From contig CAIYLB010000076.1 of NCBI GenBank assembly GCA_903926935.1, positions 1 to 54,731 of the forward strand: a DNA stretch of 54,731 bases, read 5' to 3'. Positions 12,349 through 20,595 of the stretch are shown here, piece by piece. Positions within the stretch are counted from its first letter, which is position 1. Each line of letters starts with the position of its first letter. The stretch is from an uncultured Pseudomonadota bacterium. Its GTDB lineage: Bacteria > Pseudomonadota > Gammaproteobacteria > Burkholderiales > Methylophilaceae. The translations under genes were made by a program, and so were the position numbers. Under the pieces are notes generated by a model. That model saw nothing but the letters and a program-made list of their open reading frames with translations, ran no database searches and was not told the DNA's origin.

Positions 12349-12662
12349 TTAAAATATCTCAACACTGCAATTACATTTTTTTGCAATCGCTTTCATGGCT
12401 GCAAGATTTACTCCGTCATCGAATTTTGGAGTTCCTTTTACAAGACCAAATTTTTTCCACCATTCTACGGTAAGTGCCCAAACTTCACGTGCCTTTCCAT
12501 TTTTCAGTCCTAATGGCGCAATTCCTGGTGTAACACCCATAAGACGGGTCGCTCAGCTAAATCAAAGACTGCCAAACCACCATCTTTGGGTTTGCCGTCC
12601 TTACCTATAACATCTTCGACATCGCTCACTTTAAAACCCAAATTACGAGCAATAATCGCATT
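12349..12662 (-). pseudogene. 3' remnant of an ABC solute-binding protein (probably SsuA/NMT1-like), frameshifted
   Basis: NAIIARNLGFKVSDVEDVIGKDGKPKDGGLAVFDLAE continues after an apparent 1-bp loss near 12551 as TRLMGVTPG...EWWKKFGLVKGTPKFDDGVN; no 5' part or start. Confidence 0.55.
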
Positions 12663-12863
12663 ACGATTAAAACACAGGCATGCCCTACCATTGTTTCTCC
12701 TAACCCAATAGGTATTAAGGGCACTTGGTGGGCAGAAGGTGAAAACCCCAACACCATTACACTTCTTCATGATCAAGATGGCATTCTGCGTGGCTTGTCA
12801 TTAACCGGCGAAGCCATATCACAGAAAAACATACTAACAAAACAGCTACCACCAATTTTATAA
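12660..12863 (+). pseudogene. 3' remnant of an NAD(P)H:rubredoxin reductase (RubB/NorW-like)
   Basis: Frame from 12660 reads ITIKTQACPTIVSPNPIGIKGTWWAEGENPNTITLLHDQDGILRGLSLTGEAISQKNILTKQLPPIL*, resembling the RubB C-terminus (VKTPACP..VSP...G.W...LTG...K..L.K.LP). No start codon; not in the ORF track. Confidence 0.75.
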
Positions 12864-13049
12864 TTGGGCTTTGGATTGGATCAGATTGGAAATATCGTCC
12901 AATCTATCGAATTCGTATCCAGAATATATTTGTATAAATAGGACTAAACACATATCCTGGTAAATAGGTTTACACACCATTAAAAAGCTTCTGGTTTCTA
13001 AGAATTGAGCTTACTAGCAAATTAACTGTAATTGTAAAAACGCCAGCAT

Positions 13050-14051
13050 CTAGATTAACAATTCATTTATTGCAGCGTTAATAAACGCACTTTCATTTGC
13101 AAATCTACCGGGCGCACCAGCGCAGTGGCCCGCCGATGAAAGTATTGGTCTTAATTCTGAATTCGGGCTTAGTGCGGCCTCAATGCTATTTTCTGCAAGA
13201 GTGAAATACTGATCATTATCGCAGGGCATGATAATTGTTTTAGCAGTCACTTGTGATAAAGCTAGCGCTAAGTCACCTTTAAATTTGTCATGAGCGCTGA
13301 CATCTGCATGCTGCCAAGTCCATATCTTAGTTAAAAGATCATTGGCATCCCAGCCCAAATGATCTTGCTCCCAATCTTCTAGTAATGCGTTTATAGAATC
13401 GAAACCGATCTCTTTATAACGCTCCTCGCGAAAGAATTCAGCTGAATAGGCCCAAGGAGCATAGGCTCTGCCAAATGCCCTGAGTCCGGCTGTTGGTTGA
13501 TTGATGTAATTACCATCGGCATAATCAACATCAGCTTGCAAAACGGATCTGATACTTTTGATAAAAATTTCGTTGTATGGCCAACAGCGCGTTGCGCCAC
13601 AAATCGGCAACAAGTTTTTAATCATTTCCGGATATAAAACTGCCCAATGCCAAACCTGCACGGCACCCATTGACCAACCTAATGCCAGCTTAATCTCGTT
13701 AACACCTAAAGCCTTTAACAAGGAGTGCTGGCATACAACGTTATCATAGACTGTGATGTTAGGAAAGCTACCAGCTGGATATCGATCTAAGGAATTACTA
13801 GGTGAAATAGATTGTGCGTTTCCAATCAAATTAGGCGTCACAATAAACCACTTATTGGGGTCTAGCGCCTGACCTTCCCCAATGATGCGAGCGTTTGATA
13901 AGTGATTGCCAGTGTAATAAGTTGGAAAAAGAATGCAGTTGTCTCCAGCTGCATTCAATCTACCCCAAGTAGCGAAAGTAAGCCAAGCATCATGGAGCAC
14001 TTCTCCACTTTGAAGGGTTATATCGCCAATTGAGAATTTTTGAATATGCAT
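13050..14051 (-). CDS. MetX/homoserine acetyltransferase-fold alpha/beta hydrolase
   Basis: TWGRLNAAGDN, GWSMG nucleophile elbow, C-terminal AGH; function probably not methionine synthesis. Confidence 0.8.
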   Translation of the reverse strand: MHIQKFSIGDITLQSGEVLHDAWLTFATWGRLNAAGDNCILFPTYYTGNHLSNARIIGEGQALDPNKWFIVTPNLIGNAQSISPSNSLDRYPAGSFPNITVYDNVVCQHSLLKALGVNEIKLALGWSMGAVQVWHWAVLYPEMIKNLLPICGATRCWPYNEIFIKSIRSVLQADVDYADGNYINQPTAGLRAFGRAYAPWAYSAEFFREERYKEIGFDSINALLEDWEQDHLGWDANDLLTKIWTWQHADVSAHDKFKGDLALALSQVTAKTIIMPCDNDQYFTLAENSIEAALSPNSELRPILSSAGHCAGAPGRFANESAFINAAINELLI

Positions 14052-14055
14052 AAAT

Positions 14056-15426
14056 TTAGAATAGTTTTAAATAACGGTCTTTTTCCCAATCACTCACATG
14101 ATTGTTGTAGCGTAGCCACTCTTCCGTTTTGTAATCTATCCAAGTTGCATGCATACTATTACCAAAAACCTGCTTCGCTAAAGGATCAAGCTTAAACATA
14201 TCAATAGCTTCTTTTAAAGACTGTGGCAGCATCTTGATGTTTAACGCCTCAAGCTCCTCAGTCGTTTTAAGATACATGTTTTCCGTATGCGGTTCGCCTG
14301 GGTCTAATTGCTGCTCTATGCCTTCAAGCCCAGCCGCCAATACCAATGCAGCTCCTAAATATGGATTACACGCACTATCAGCCGCTCGCAATTCAATGCG
14401 ACCGCCGCCCATCGGGATGCGTAGCGTGTTGGTACGATTATTGTCACCATAGCAGGCGAACACTGGGGCCCAAGTAAATCCAGACATACTACCTTTCAAT
14501 ACAAGTCGTTTGTAGCTATTCACCGTCGGAGCTACTGCGGCGCAAATTGCAGGCAAATGCTTCAACACACCAGCCATAAATTGATAACCTAATTTAGATA
14601 AGTTGCAGCCACGTGGGTCATTAGCTTCTTCAAATAGGTTTTTTCCGGTGACCTTATCTGCCAGTGACATGTTGAAGTGAGCTCCACTTCCGGCACGGTC
14701 ACCAAAAGGTTTAGGCATAAATGTCGCAAATCCGCCATGACGGCGTGCGACTTCATTGGCCATTAAGCGGAAAAATACAAAATTATCGGCCATGGTTAAG
14801 GCATCAAAATATTTGAAGTCGATTTCAAATTGTCCAATACCATCTTCGTGGTCTAATGAATAAACATCCCAGCCTAGTTCATTCATATATTTGACTAGTT
14901 CACGCATCCAATCCATATTATCTAGCAGGCGCGCGACGTCATAAGCAGGTTTATCTAAATGCTTGCGTGTTGATAGCGGTGAATAGCCACCATCTGCATC
15001 ATCCTTTAATACAAAAAACTCCGCCTCTATACCCAAATTCATGCGAAAACCCATCGCATCGGCCTTTGCTAATACATTTTTTAAAATAGTACGGCTGCAA
15101 GCCTCGAATGGCTCACCTTTAGTCCATAAGTCACTGGCAAACCAAGCAATTTCTTTATCCCAGGGCAATATCTTGCAGGAGCCTGGGTCAGGATGTGCGG
15201 CCACCTCCTCATCGCTTACATCTTGTGGCACACCTTCTAAAGCTGCACCAGTACATAATTCCGATCCTGACATCATGCGTTTATAATGCGCAATCGGCAC
15301 CATTTTTGACTTAGATACGCCATGTATGTCAACATAGCTTGCCAACATAAATTCAACCCCAGCCGCTTGCATTGCCTCTACATCGTTGCCGATATTGGCA
15401 GTTTCTGCTTGTTTTGTAACTTCCAT
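14056..15426 (-). CDS. GlnT-type (type III) glutamate--amine ligase, glutamine synthetase superfamily
   Basis: GIEAEFF, DHEDGIGQFE, FMPKP, GSGAHFN, NSYKRL, NNRT and ELR motifs. Confidence 0.85.
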   Translation of the reverse strand: MEVTKQAETANIGNDVEAMQAAGVEFMLASYVDIHGVSKSKMVPIAHYKRMMSGSELCTGAALEGVPQDVSDEEVAAHPDPGSCKILPWDKEIAWFASDLWTKGEPFEACSRTILKNVLAKADAMGFRMNLGIEAEFFVLKDDADGGYSPLSTRKHLDKPAYDVARLLDNMDWMRELVKYMNELGWDVYSLDHEDGIGQFEIDFKYFDALTMADNFVFFRLMANEVARRHGGFATFMPKPFGDRAGSGAHFNMSLADKVTGKNLFEEANDPRGCNLSKLGYQFMAGVLKHLPAICAAVAPTVNSYKRLVLKGSMSGFTWAPVFACYGDNNRTNTLRIPMGGGRIELRAADSACNPYLGAALVLAAGLEGIEQQLDPGEPHTENMYLKTTEELEALNIKMLPQSLKEAIDMFKLDPLAKQVFGNSMHATWIDYKTEEWLRYNNHVSDWEKDRYLKLF

Positions 15427-15508
15427 TATTTTCTAACCTTTAAGAGTTTCAGAACGAACCAATGATTGAAATACTTCAAATCTTGCTTGCAAGTTTTAAT
15501 CTGAACAC

Positions 15509-15609
15509 ATTTGGCTTAGGCGATTAATAGCAGTCTAATTTACAGAATTATATTCACTGTAAACCAGACGCCACAGACTCTAAAAGAACATAAAATCACC
15601 TAGCCAAAT
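15509..15609 (-). other. About 100-nt intergenic RNA hairpin
   Basis: AUUUGGCUAGGUGAUU/AAUCGCCUAAGCCAAAU outer stem and GUCUGGUUUACAG/CUGUAAAUUAGAC inner stem; stem mismatches are G-U only on the mRNA strand. Confidence 0.7.
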
Positions 15610-15641
15610 ATATTGCACCTTAGATAAACTATGACGAGAAA

Positions 15642-16640
15642 TTAATAGGCTTTATACAATGAAGGGTCAATGGCCTTGTCAATGTTTTGCGGACCTTTGT
15701 AAATGGCATTTTTTACATTAAAGTCATCAGAAATTTTAGATGAACCATAAATTGACTTTAAGCCATCCGCTTTCACAAACACGGCTTTACCTTCTTTTAA
15801 AGAGAGCAACCTAGTGCCTTTTAAGAACGTTTGATACTCAGTAGGTTTGAGGCCAACACGTGCAGACATGATTTTCACAGCATCTGCCTGAGTTTTAGGG
15901 TCATTAATATAGTCAACAACTTTACCCCAAACACCGACCACTTTTTTCCAATCCTCTTTACGATTTGAGAAGCTAGATGGACTCACTGTAAATACATCAT
16001 AAATTAGGCCCGGCGCTTGAGCTGAGGTGAAGATAGGTTTTGATCCATGAACAAGTTTTAAAGCTTGTCCTGCACTTGGTTGAAACACACCAATTGCCGC
16101 CAAATCGCCAGAAGCTAGTGCTTGTGGGGTGTCGTTGATTTTAACGTTCAAAAGCGTAACATCAGATTCTTTCATGCCAGCTTTCTCCAAACCATAGAGA
16201 AGTAAAAGATGATCAACGATGCCTAATTCCGTACCAACTTTCTTACCTTTTAAGTCTTTAAAACTTTCGACACCAGGCTTACCAATGATCATATCGTTAC
16301 CATTAGAGTAATCTGTAATCAGAACGATGACATTTTTACCCCCACCCGCACCCATGACCAAGGCGTCACCATTAGTCACGCCTACGCTGTCAAGCTTGCC
16401 GGCACTAAAAGCCTCGATTGAAGCGCCATAATCAAACCATTCAAATTTAACGTCAACGCCGGCTTCTTTAAACCAACCTTTCTCGATGGCAACCTGCCAT
16501 GCAACAAAACCTGGCCAATCGCTGTAACCTATTTTTAATGGTTGTGCGGCTTGGCTAATATTGCTAAAAGCAAAGGCTAAAGGAACAGCTGCTGTAATAA
16601 TCAGTTTTTTGAAACTTAAAACTTTTAAACGGGATTTCAT
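15642..16640 (-). CDS. ABC transporter solute-binding protein, SsuA/TauA/NMT1 type
   Basis: Signal peptide ending SQA; IGYSDWPG and DYSNGND motifs; AGGAG RBS. Confidence 0.88.
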   Translation of the reverse strand: MKSRLKVLSFKKLIITAAVPLAFAFSNISQAAQPLKIGYSDWPGFVAWQVAIEKGWFKEAGVDVKFEWFDYGASIEAFSAGKLDSVGVTNGDALVMGAGGGKNVIVLITDYSNGNDMIIGKPGVESFKDLKGKKVGTELGIVDHLLLLYGLEKAGMKESDVTLLNVKINDTPQALASGDLAAIGVFQPSAGQALKLVHGSKPIFTSAQAPGLIYDVFTVSPSSFSNRKEDWKKVVGVWGKVVDYINDPKTQADAVKIMSARVGLKPTEYQTFLKGTRLLSLKEGKAVFVKADGLKSIYGSSKISDDFNVKNAIYKGPQNIDKAIDPSLYKAY

Positions 16641-16710
16641 TGTTGCTCTCCTAATTAAATGTAACCAAAAAACTACTTTCTAAACGTTAGTGCTGCCAAA
16701 ACACCCTTCA

Positions 16711-17421
16711 TTAAACCAATGAAAAGTTTAATATTTGTCCCTCGCGAAAAGGCAAGGTAGAGTGATTAATTCTGCCGTGCGACGCGTCTACGATGTCACC
16801 AAACGAAATTTCAAAATCCAGCCAATTAAGTATGTCCAATAGACTTTGATTTGGGCTATCAATTAACGCCAATAAACTGCTCGCTTCTGGTAGATTTGAA
16901 CTACGTGGCCGAATAAAGGCAAACTGATTACCTGCTTTTAAAAGACGTGCGATCACCACAACACCATTTGAATCGAGGCTATTAATTTGGTGCGTACTCA
17001 CGTTGATGTGAGTACCTGCTATTTTGTCCCAAACCTCAAAGTAGACACTCTCTACGCCCGTCTCTAATAGTTTGTTTTCACCACTAAATACCATCTCACC
17101 AATATCCGGAACACCATTATCTGGCTGTAAATCTAGTTCACGGTGCCAATTACATATGTTGCCGCTCACTTCTGTTACGCCTGCAAAACCCTGCTGCGTC
17201 GCCAACCAACGCAATTGTTCCGTAGAGCAATCTTGCAAGCAGGTACAGTCTGAAAAATCTGGCCGTAATGCAGGAATACGTATATCTATATGTTGATTAT
17301 CGGCCTGTAACCAAAATACCAACGAAGTCGTATCCTGACTACCGTTCTGCTCAAGTAAACTTCTACGCCATACACCTAGGTAAGAAGCCGGCACCGCTAT
17401 CAATTTATTTAGTGGGTTCAT
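16711..17421 (-). CDS. Uncharacterised protein, Hri1-like by pattern; paralog of 20596..21567
   Basis: GVWRR..DTTSLVFWLQ...IDIRIP...GFAG...W.RELD..P...DIG...E.G...YFEVW; ATG at 17421 overlaps the upstream stop. Confidence 0.7.
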   Translation of the reverse strand: MNPLNKLIAVPASYLGVWRRSLLEQNGSQDTTSLVFWLQADNQHIDIRIPALRPDFSDCTCLQDCSTEQLRWLATQQGFAGVTEVSGNICNWHRELDLQPDNGVPDIGEMVFSGENKLLETGVESVYFEVWDKIAGTHINVSTHQINSLDSNGVVVIARLLKAGNQFAFIRPRSSNLPEASSLLALIDSPNQSLLDILNWLDFEISFGDIVDASHGRINHSTLPFREGQILNFSLV

Positions 17422-18200
17422 AGGTGATACTCGGGGAAAACCTTTAATGTTCTCCAAAAAGCCATATCGTGGTTTGGCCATAACTCAGCTTTTTCAGACT
17501 TAGCCAGAGATTTTAGCTTGCGAATACTAGCAATCGCCAACTCCGTTTGACCTTGCCAACAGTTTCCTGGGGCGATTTCATCGACTATATTTTCAGTTAA
17601 ATCGGCAGCATCACCGGCCAAGATAATAGGTGCGCCAGTGGGCATTTCTATCCACAATGACATATGACCCGCGGTATGCCCTGGACTAGCTATTGCGTGC
17701 ACACCTGCCGTTAAATTATATTCGCCCTTTTTCACTTTCCAGTTTGCTTGAGCAACGATTTCATTATCAAAATAGGCTAAATCATCACGAGGATTCGCTG
17801 AGGCCAACTCGTCGGCTTGAACATGCACCTCCGCCCCACATAAATCACATAAGCCGCCGGCATGATCAAAGTGCAAATGCCCTAAGAACACAACATCAAT
17901 ATCCTGTACCGATAATCCTAGACGCGCTAGTTGGCGTGGCAAGCGTTGCGACTCATCCATATCGGGTGCGCCAAAACTAAATACTTCTGGGTTATAGTAT
18001 TTTTCTCGCTGTGAGGCATCTGCTATTTTATTGTAGTCACATCCAACATCGTACAAAATACGACCATTTCTGGTCTCGATTAAGTAGGCTAAAATTGGCG
18101 CTTCTATCATCTGTCCAGCCCCGCGATTATGCGTAGATAAAGATTTATCATAACGGTGGGTAGCGGTTAAAATCGGCCAAACTTTGGTAACGGCAGTCAT
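17418..18200 (-). CDS. Metallo-beta-lactamase-fold hydrolase, AHL-lactonase-like family
   Basis: HLHFDH, PGHTAGH, AGDA and PNHD metal ligands. Confidence 0.88.
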   Translation of the reverse strand: MTAVTKVWPILTATHRYDKSLSTHNRGAGQMIEAPILAYLIETRNGRILYDVGCDYNKIADASQREKYYNPEVFSFGAPDMDESQRLPRQLARLGLSVQDIDVVFLGHLHFDHAGGLCDLCGAEVHVQADELASANPRDDLAYFDNEIVAQANWKVKKGEYNLTAGVHAIASPGHTAGHMSLWIEMPTGAPIILAGDAADLTENIVDEIAPGNCWQGQTELAIASIRKLKSLAKSEKAELWPNHDMAFWRTLKVFPEYHL

Positions 18201-18210
18201 GGTTTTATTC

Positions 18211-19248
18211 TCACAGTGCCGTCAAGAAAGAAACACCCGCAGCACCAATAAAAGCATTCGCACTAGCATTGCTGATAACTCCATAATCATCACTTTGAAG
18301 TCTAGTAATCCTATGGCAATGGTAGGCGCTCATAAGCTTGATCATTGGAATGACAGGCAACAAGTCCAAATCACCATACAACTTTTTATGAAGAGCTGGC
18401 AATTGATGCCAAGGCACTTTTGGTTTTTCGTGATGCGCGTTGTGATAGGGGAAATTTAAAAATAATAGGTTTAACCAAGGATATTTCAGTGAGGCTAAAT
18501 TTGAATAGGTATTCGCTTGTTCGTAAGCACGATCACGAAGCTTTCCGTCTTTAACTTTACCGCCGAACCGCGCAAGATCAGATTCTAAAAAAACATCATA
18601 TGTATGTTGAAAAGCATCAGCAAATCTAAGCGCAGTGAGCATGACGCAGTAAGCTAGCAGATATAGTAGCCATGCTTTAACAGACACCCATGCCATAAGA
18701 ACAAATATGGATGCTCTAAGAGAAAAAATTATAATTAATCTTAAGCGCTTATGGTGCCATTCTGATTTAATAAATGGCAAGATAATGACTAAAAAGTGCA
18801 TGAGTATTTCAATCGCTGGAATATACATCCACTCCAAAGCTTTGATAAGGTTTCTAGCCGCCGTCGGCATATCGCGCATCACATGCTGCACATTAAAAGT
18901 AAGTACATCCGCACGATCAGCATGATGATGCATGTGTTTATCACGAATCTCTTTGAAGGTGCTGTAGCAACTACCATTCACCCATGACAAGACAGTGCCC
19001 CACGTTTTATTTGTTTTAGGTGATTTAAACAAACTCCAATGTGATAACTCATGCAGTAAATAAGCACTAATAATCAATGCCTCAGCAGTGACTAGTACAC
19101 CAGCAAAATTAACTAGCCAATGTTCTGAAAAAAGCATAAAAATACCGATCGGGTAACCAAATAATACGAATGAGAATACCGCAGAATTTTTAAGCAGATC
19201 GAGGTTAAGCTTACGCTCAAGCACTTCTATAGATTTGATAACAGACAT
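18211..19248 (-). CDS. Membrane di-iron fatty-acid-desaturase-superfamily enzyme
   Basis: Three His boxes HELSH, HMHHH and HNAHH, plus QH; hydrophobic segments. ATG at 19248 preferred, since the track's TTG start lies inside the riboswitch expression platform. Confidence 0.85.
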   Translation of the reverse strand: MSVIKSIEVLERKLNLDLLKNSAVFSFVLFGYPIGIFMLFSEHWLVNFAGVLVTAEALIISAYLLHELSHWSLFKSPKTNKTWGTVLSWVNGSCYSTFKEIRDKHMHHHADRADVLTFNVQHVMRDMPTAARNLIKALEWMYIPAIEILMHFLVIILPFIKSEWHHKRLRLIIIFSLRASIFVLMAWVSVKAWLLYLLAYCVMLTALRFADAFQHTYDVFLESDLARFGGKVKDGKLRDRAYEQANTYSNLASLKYPWLNLLFLNFPYHNAHHEKPKVPWHQLPALHKKLYGDLDLLPVIPMIKLMSAYHCHRITRLQSDDYGVISNASANAFIGAAGVSFLTAL

Positions 19249-19266
19249 AATATATCCACAGTATTT

Positions 19267-19310
19267 AAAAGCCAAAAAGACAATATTAGAATTCAGTCTC
19301 CCGGGCTTTT
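19267..19310 (-). terminator. Putative riboswitch expression platform (terminator competing with the aptamer 3' end)
   Basis: AAAAGCC-C-GGGAGAC of the aptamer can pair with downstream GUCUUUU-U-GGCUUUU. Confidence 0.7.
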
Positions 19311-19392
19311 ATCCCTCCGTGTAGCCAGTTTTAATTGGCCGAGAACTCTTGGACCAGACATTTTTATAAAAAAACCGGAACCCTAGCTCTCT
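19298..19392 (-). ncRNA. Guanidine-I (ykkC-yxkD) riboswitch aptamer
   Basis: Minus strand GAGAGCUAGGGUUCCGG...GUCUGGUCCAAGAGUUCUC-GGCCA..UGGCU-ACACGGAGGGAUAAAAGCCCGGGAG; P1 closes GAGAGC/GUUCUC. Confidence 0.95.
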
Positions 19393-19444
19393 TTTTTAAA
19401 GCAGGTAGATGTGAGTGTTAAATTGAACTACCTAAATTAATATT

Positions 19445-19460
19445 AGCAATGAACGTGCCA
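19445..19460 (-). promoter_or_regulatory. sigma54 -24/-12 promoter, operon A
   Basis: TGGCAC-GTTCA-TTGCT, exact consensus, about 50 bp upstream of the aptamer. Confidence 0.88.
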
Positions 19461-19488
19461 CTTTTTGTTAATTAACTTTATCTATTAA

Positions 19489-19501
19489 AATCAGTGTGTT
19501 G
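19489..19501. promoter_or_regulatory. IHF-like site
   Basis: AATCAGTGTGTTG fits WATCARNNNNTTR and lies between the sigma54 promoter and the candidate enhancer. Confidence 0.5.
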
Positions 19502-19545
19502 TAAATACCATGAAGCAAAAGTTGGATTTCACATATAGATTATGG

Positions 19546-19582
19546 CGCATTATTTAAGTGCACCGTTTTAAAATATGCACCA
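19546..19582. promoter_or_regulatory. NtrC-like enhancer sites
   Basis: 17-bp CGCATTATTTAAGTGCA (19546-19562) and half-site TGCACCA (19576-19582), compared with consensus TGCACCANNNTGGTGCA. Confidence 0.55.
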
Positions 19583-19710
19583 ATATTTTTAGGTTTACCT
19601 AAATAACATTAAACATCTACTTCTTAAATTTACAATGAATAGAATCAATACAAACTTAAAATAAAATTGTGAGGCATAATGAATTTTTAAAAAGCAGGTT
19701 GGGATTTTAA

Positions 19711-20595
19711 ATGCAATCAACAGCGAAATTTTGGCAAAACTGGCAAGAGTTCAGGTCTGCTCAACAAGAAATTATTCTACCGGCTGGCCAAGTCGCGCAC
19801 ACACAAGTTTCTATCCGCTATATAGACATAGGTGTCGACATACACGGCACAATTCTTTTGATGCACGGCATACCAACATGGGGATTTATCTACCATGAAG
19901 TAATTCCACTATTGGTAAAATCTGGCTACCGTGTGATCGCTCCTGACTTTTTAGGTCACGGATGGTCTGATCGTAGAGACTGTTTTGACCGATCTTTTCA
20001 AGATCAAGCAAAGATGATCGTTGCATTATTATCGGCAATCAACATAAAAAGTGTGCATGTTGTTGGGCACGATACTGGAGGTGCAGTAGCACTTATTCTA
20101 GCAATAGAACACCAACAATATGTGCGCCATCTTATAATTTCAAACGCAGTTTGCTACGATCGTTTTGATGATGATATGCTAGATTTTGGCCACCCACTCA
20201 GATGGAAAGCGCGCCCATTGAAAGACCTTGTGGATACTCTAGAACTTAGCCTTGCCATGGGAGTTTCTAACAAGAATCGACTTACGCCAGAGTTTAGACA
20301 AGGCATCATTGCGCCTTGGGCGAGTGAGGAAGGAAAGTTGAGCCTGCTTCGAAATGCATCAGCCCTTAATGCAAACCAGACCATGGCACTGGTCGATCGC
20401 CATGGCAAAATTACAGCTAAGACGATGATTCTTTGGGGAATGGATGACCCTTGGCAGAAATCAGAAGATGGCCAACAACTCGCTCAAGAAATTCCAGGAG
20501 CCATATTCAAAGGCATTTATGGCGCTTCGCATTGGCTACAACAAGACTCACCTGCAGAGTTTACTGAGGCACTTCTGGATTTTTTTCATCCTTAA
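19711..20595 (+). CDS. Alpha/beta hydrolase, epoxide hydrolase/haloalkane dehalogenase-like
   Basis: HGIP, PDFLGHGWS, GHDTGG (Asp nucleophile), WGMDD and SHW. Confidence 0.85.
   Translation: MQSTAKFWQNWQEFRSAQQEIILPAGQVAHTQVSIRYIDIGVDIHGTILLMHGIPTWGFIYHEVIPLLVKSGYRVIAPDFLGHGWSDRRDCFDRSFQDQAKMIVALLSAINIKSVHVVGHDTGGAVALILAIEHQQYVRHLIISNAVCYDRFDDDMLDFGHPLRWKARPLKDLVDTLELSLAMGVSNKNRLTPEFRQGIIAPWASEEGKLSLLRNASALNANQTMALVDRHGKITAKTMILWGMDDPWQKSEDGQQLAQEIPGAIFKGIYGASHWLQQDSPAEFTEALLDFFHP

Noticed and set aside
12510-12776. 88-aa ORF as an intact gene
   Set aside because: It is a chimera: its first part is antisense to the reductase remnant and its second part is the binding-protein remnant.
14056-15426. 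Calling this gmaS or glnA
   Set aside because: The N-terminus differs from both as I know them, and no N-methylglutamate pathway genes are adjacent.
17418-18200. Quorum-quenching AHL lactonase as the real function
   Set aside because: The label is family-level only; the riboswitch and sigma54 context points to nitrogen catabolism.
19298-19392. ykkC variant sensing ppGpp, PRPP or (d)NDP
   Set aside because: CUGGUCC(A)AGAG and ACACGG match the guanidine subtype as I recall it, and guanidine-II hairpins nearby agree. The G-to-A change in CCAAGAG is noted but is not enough to reassign it.
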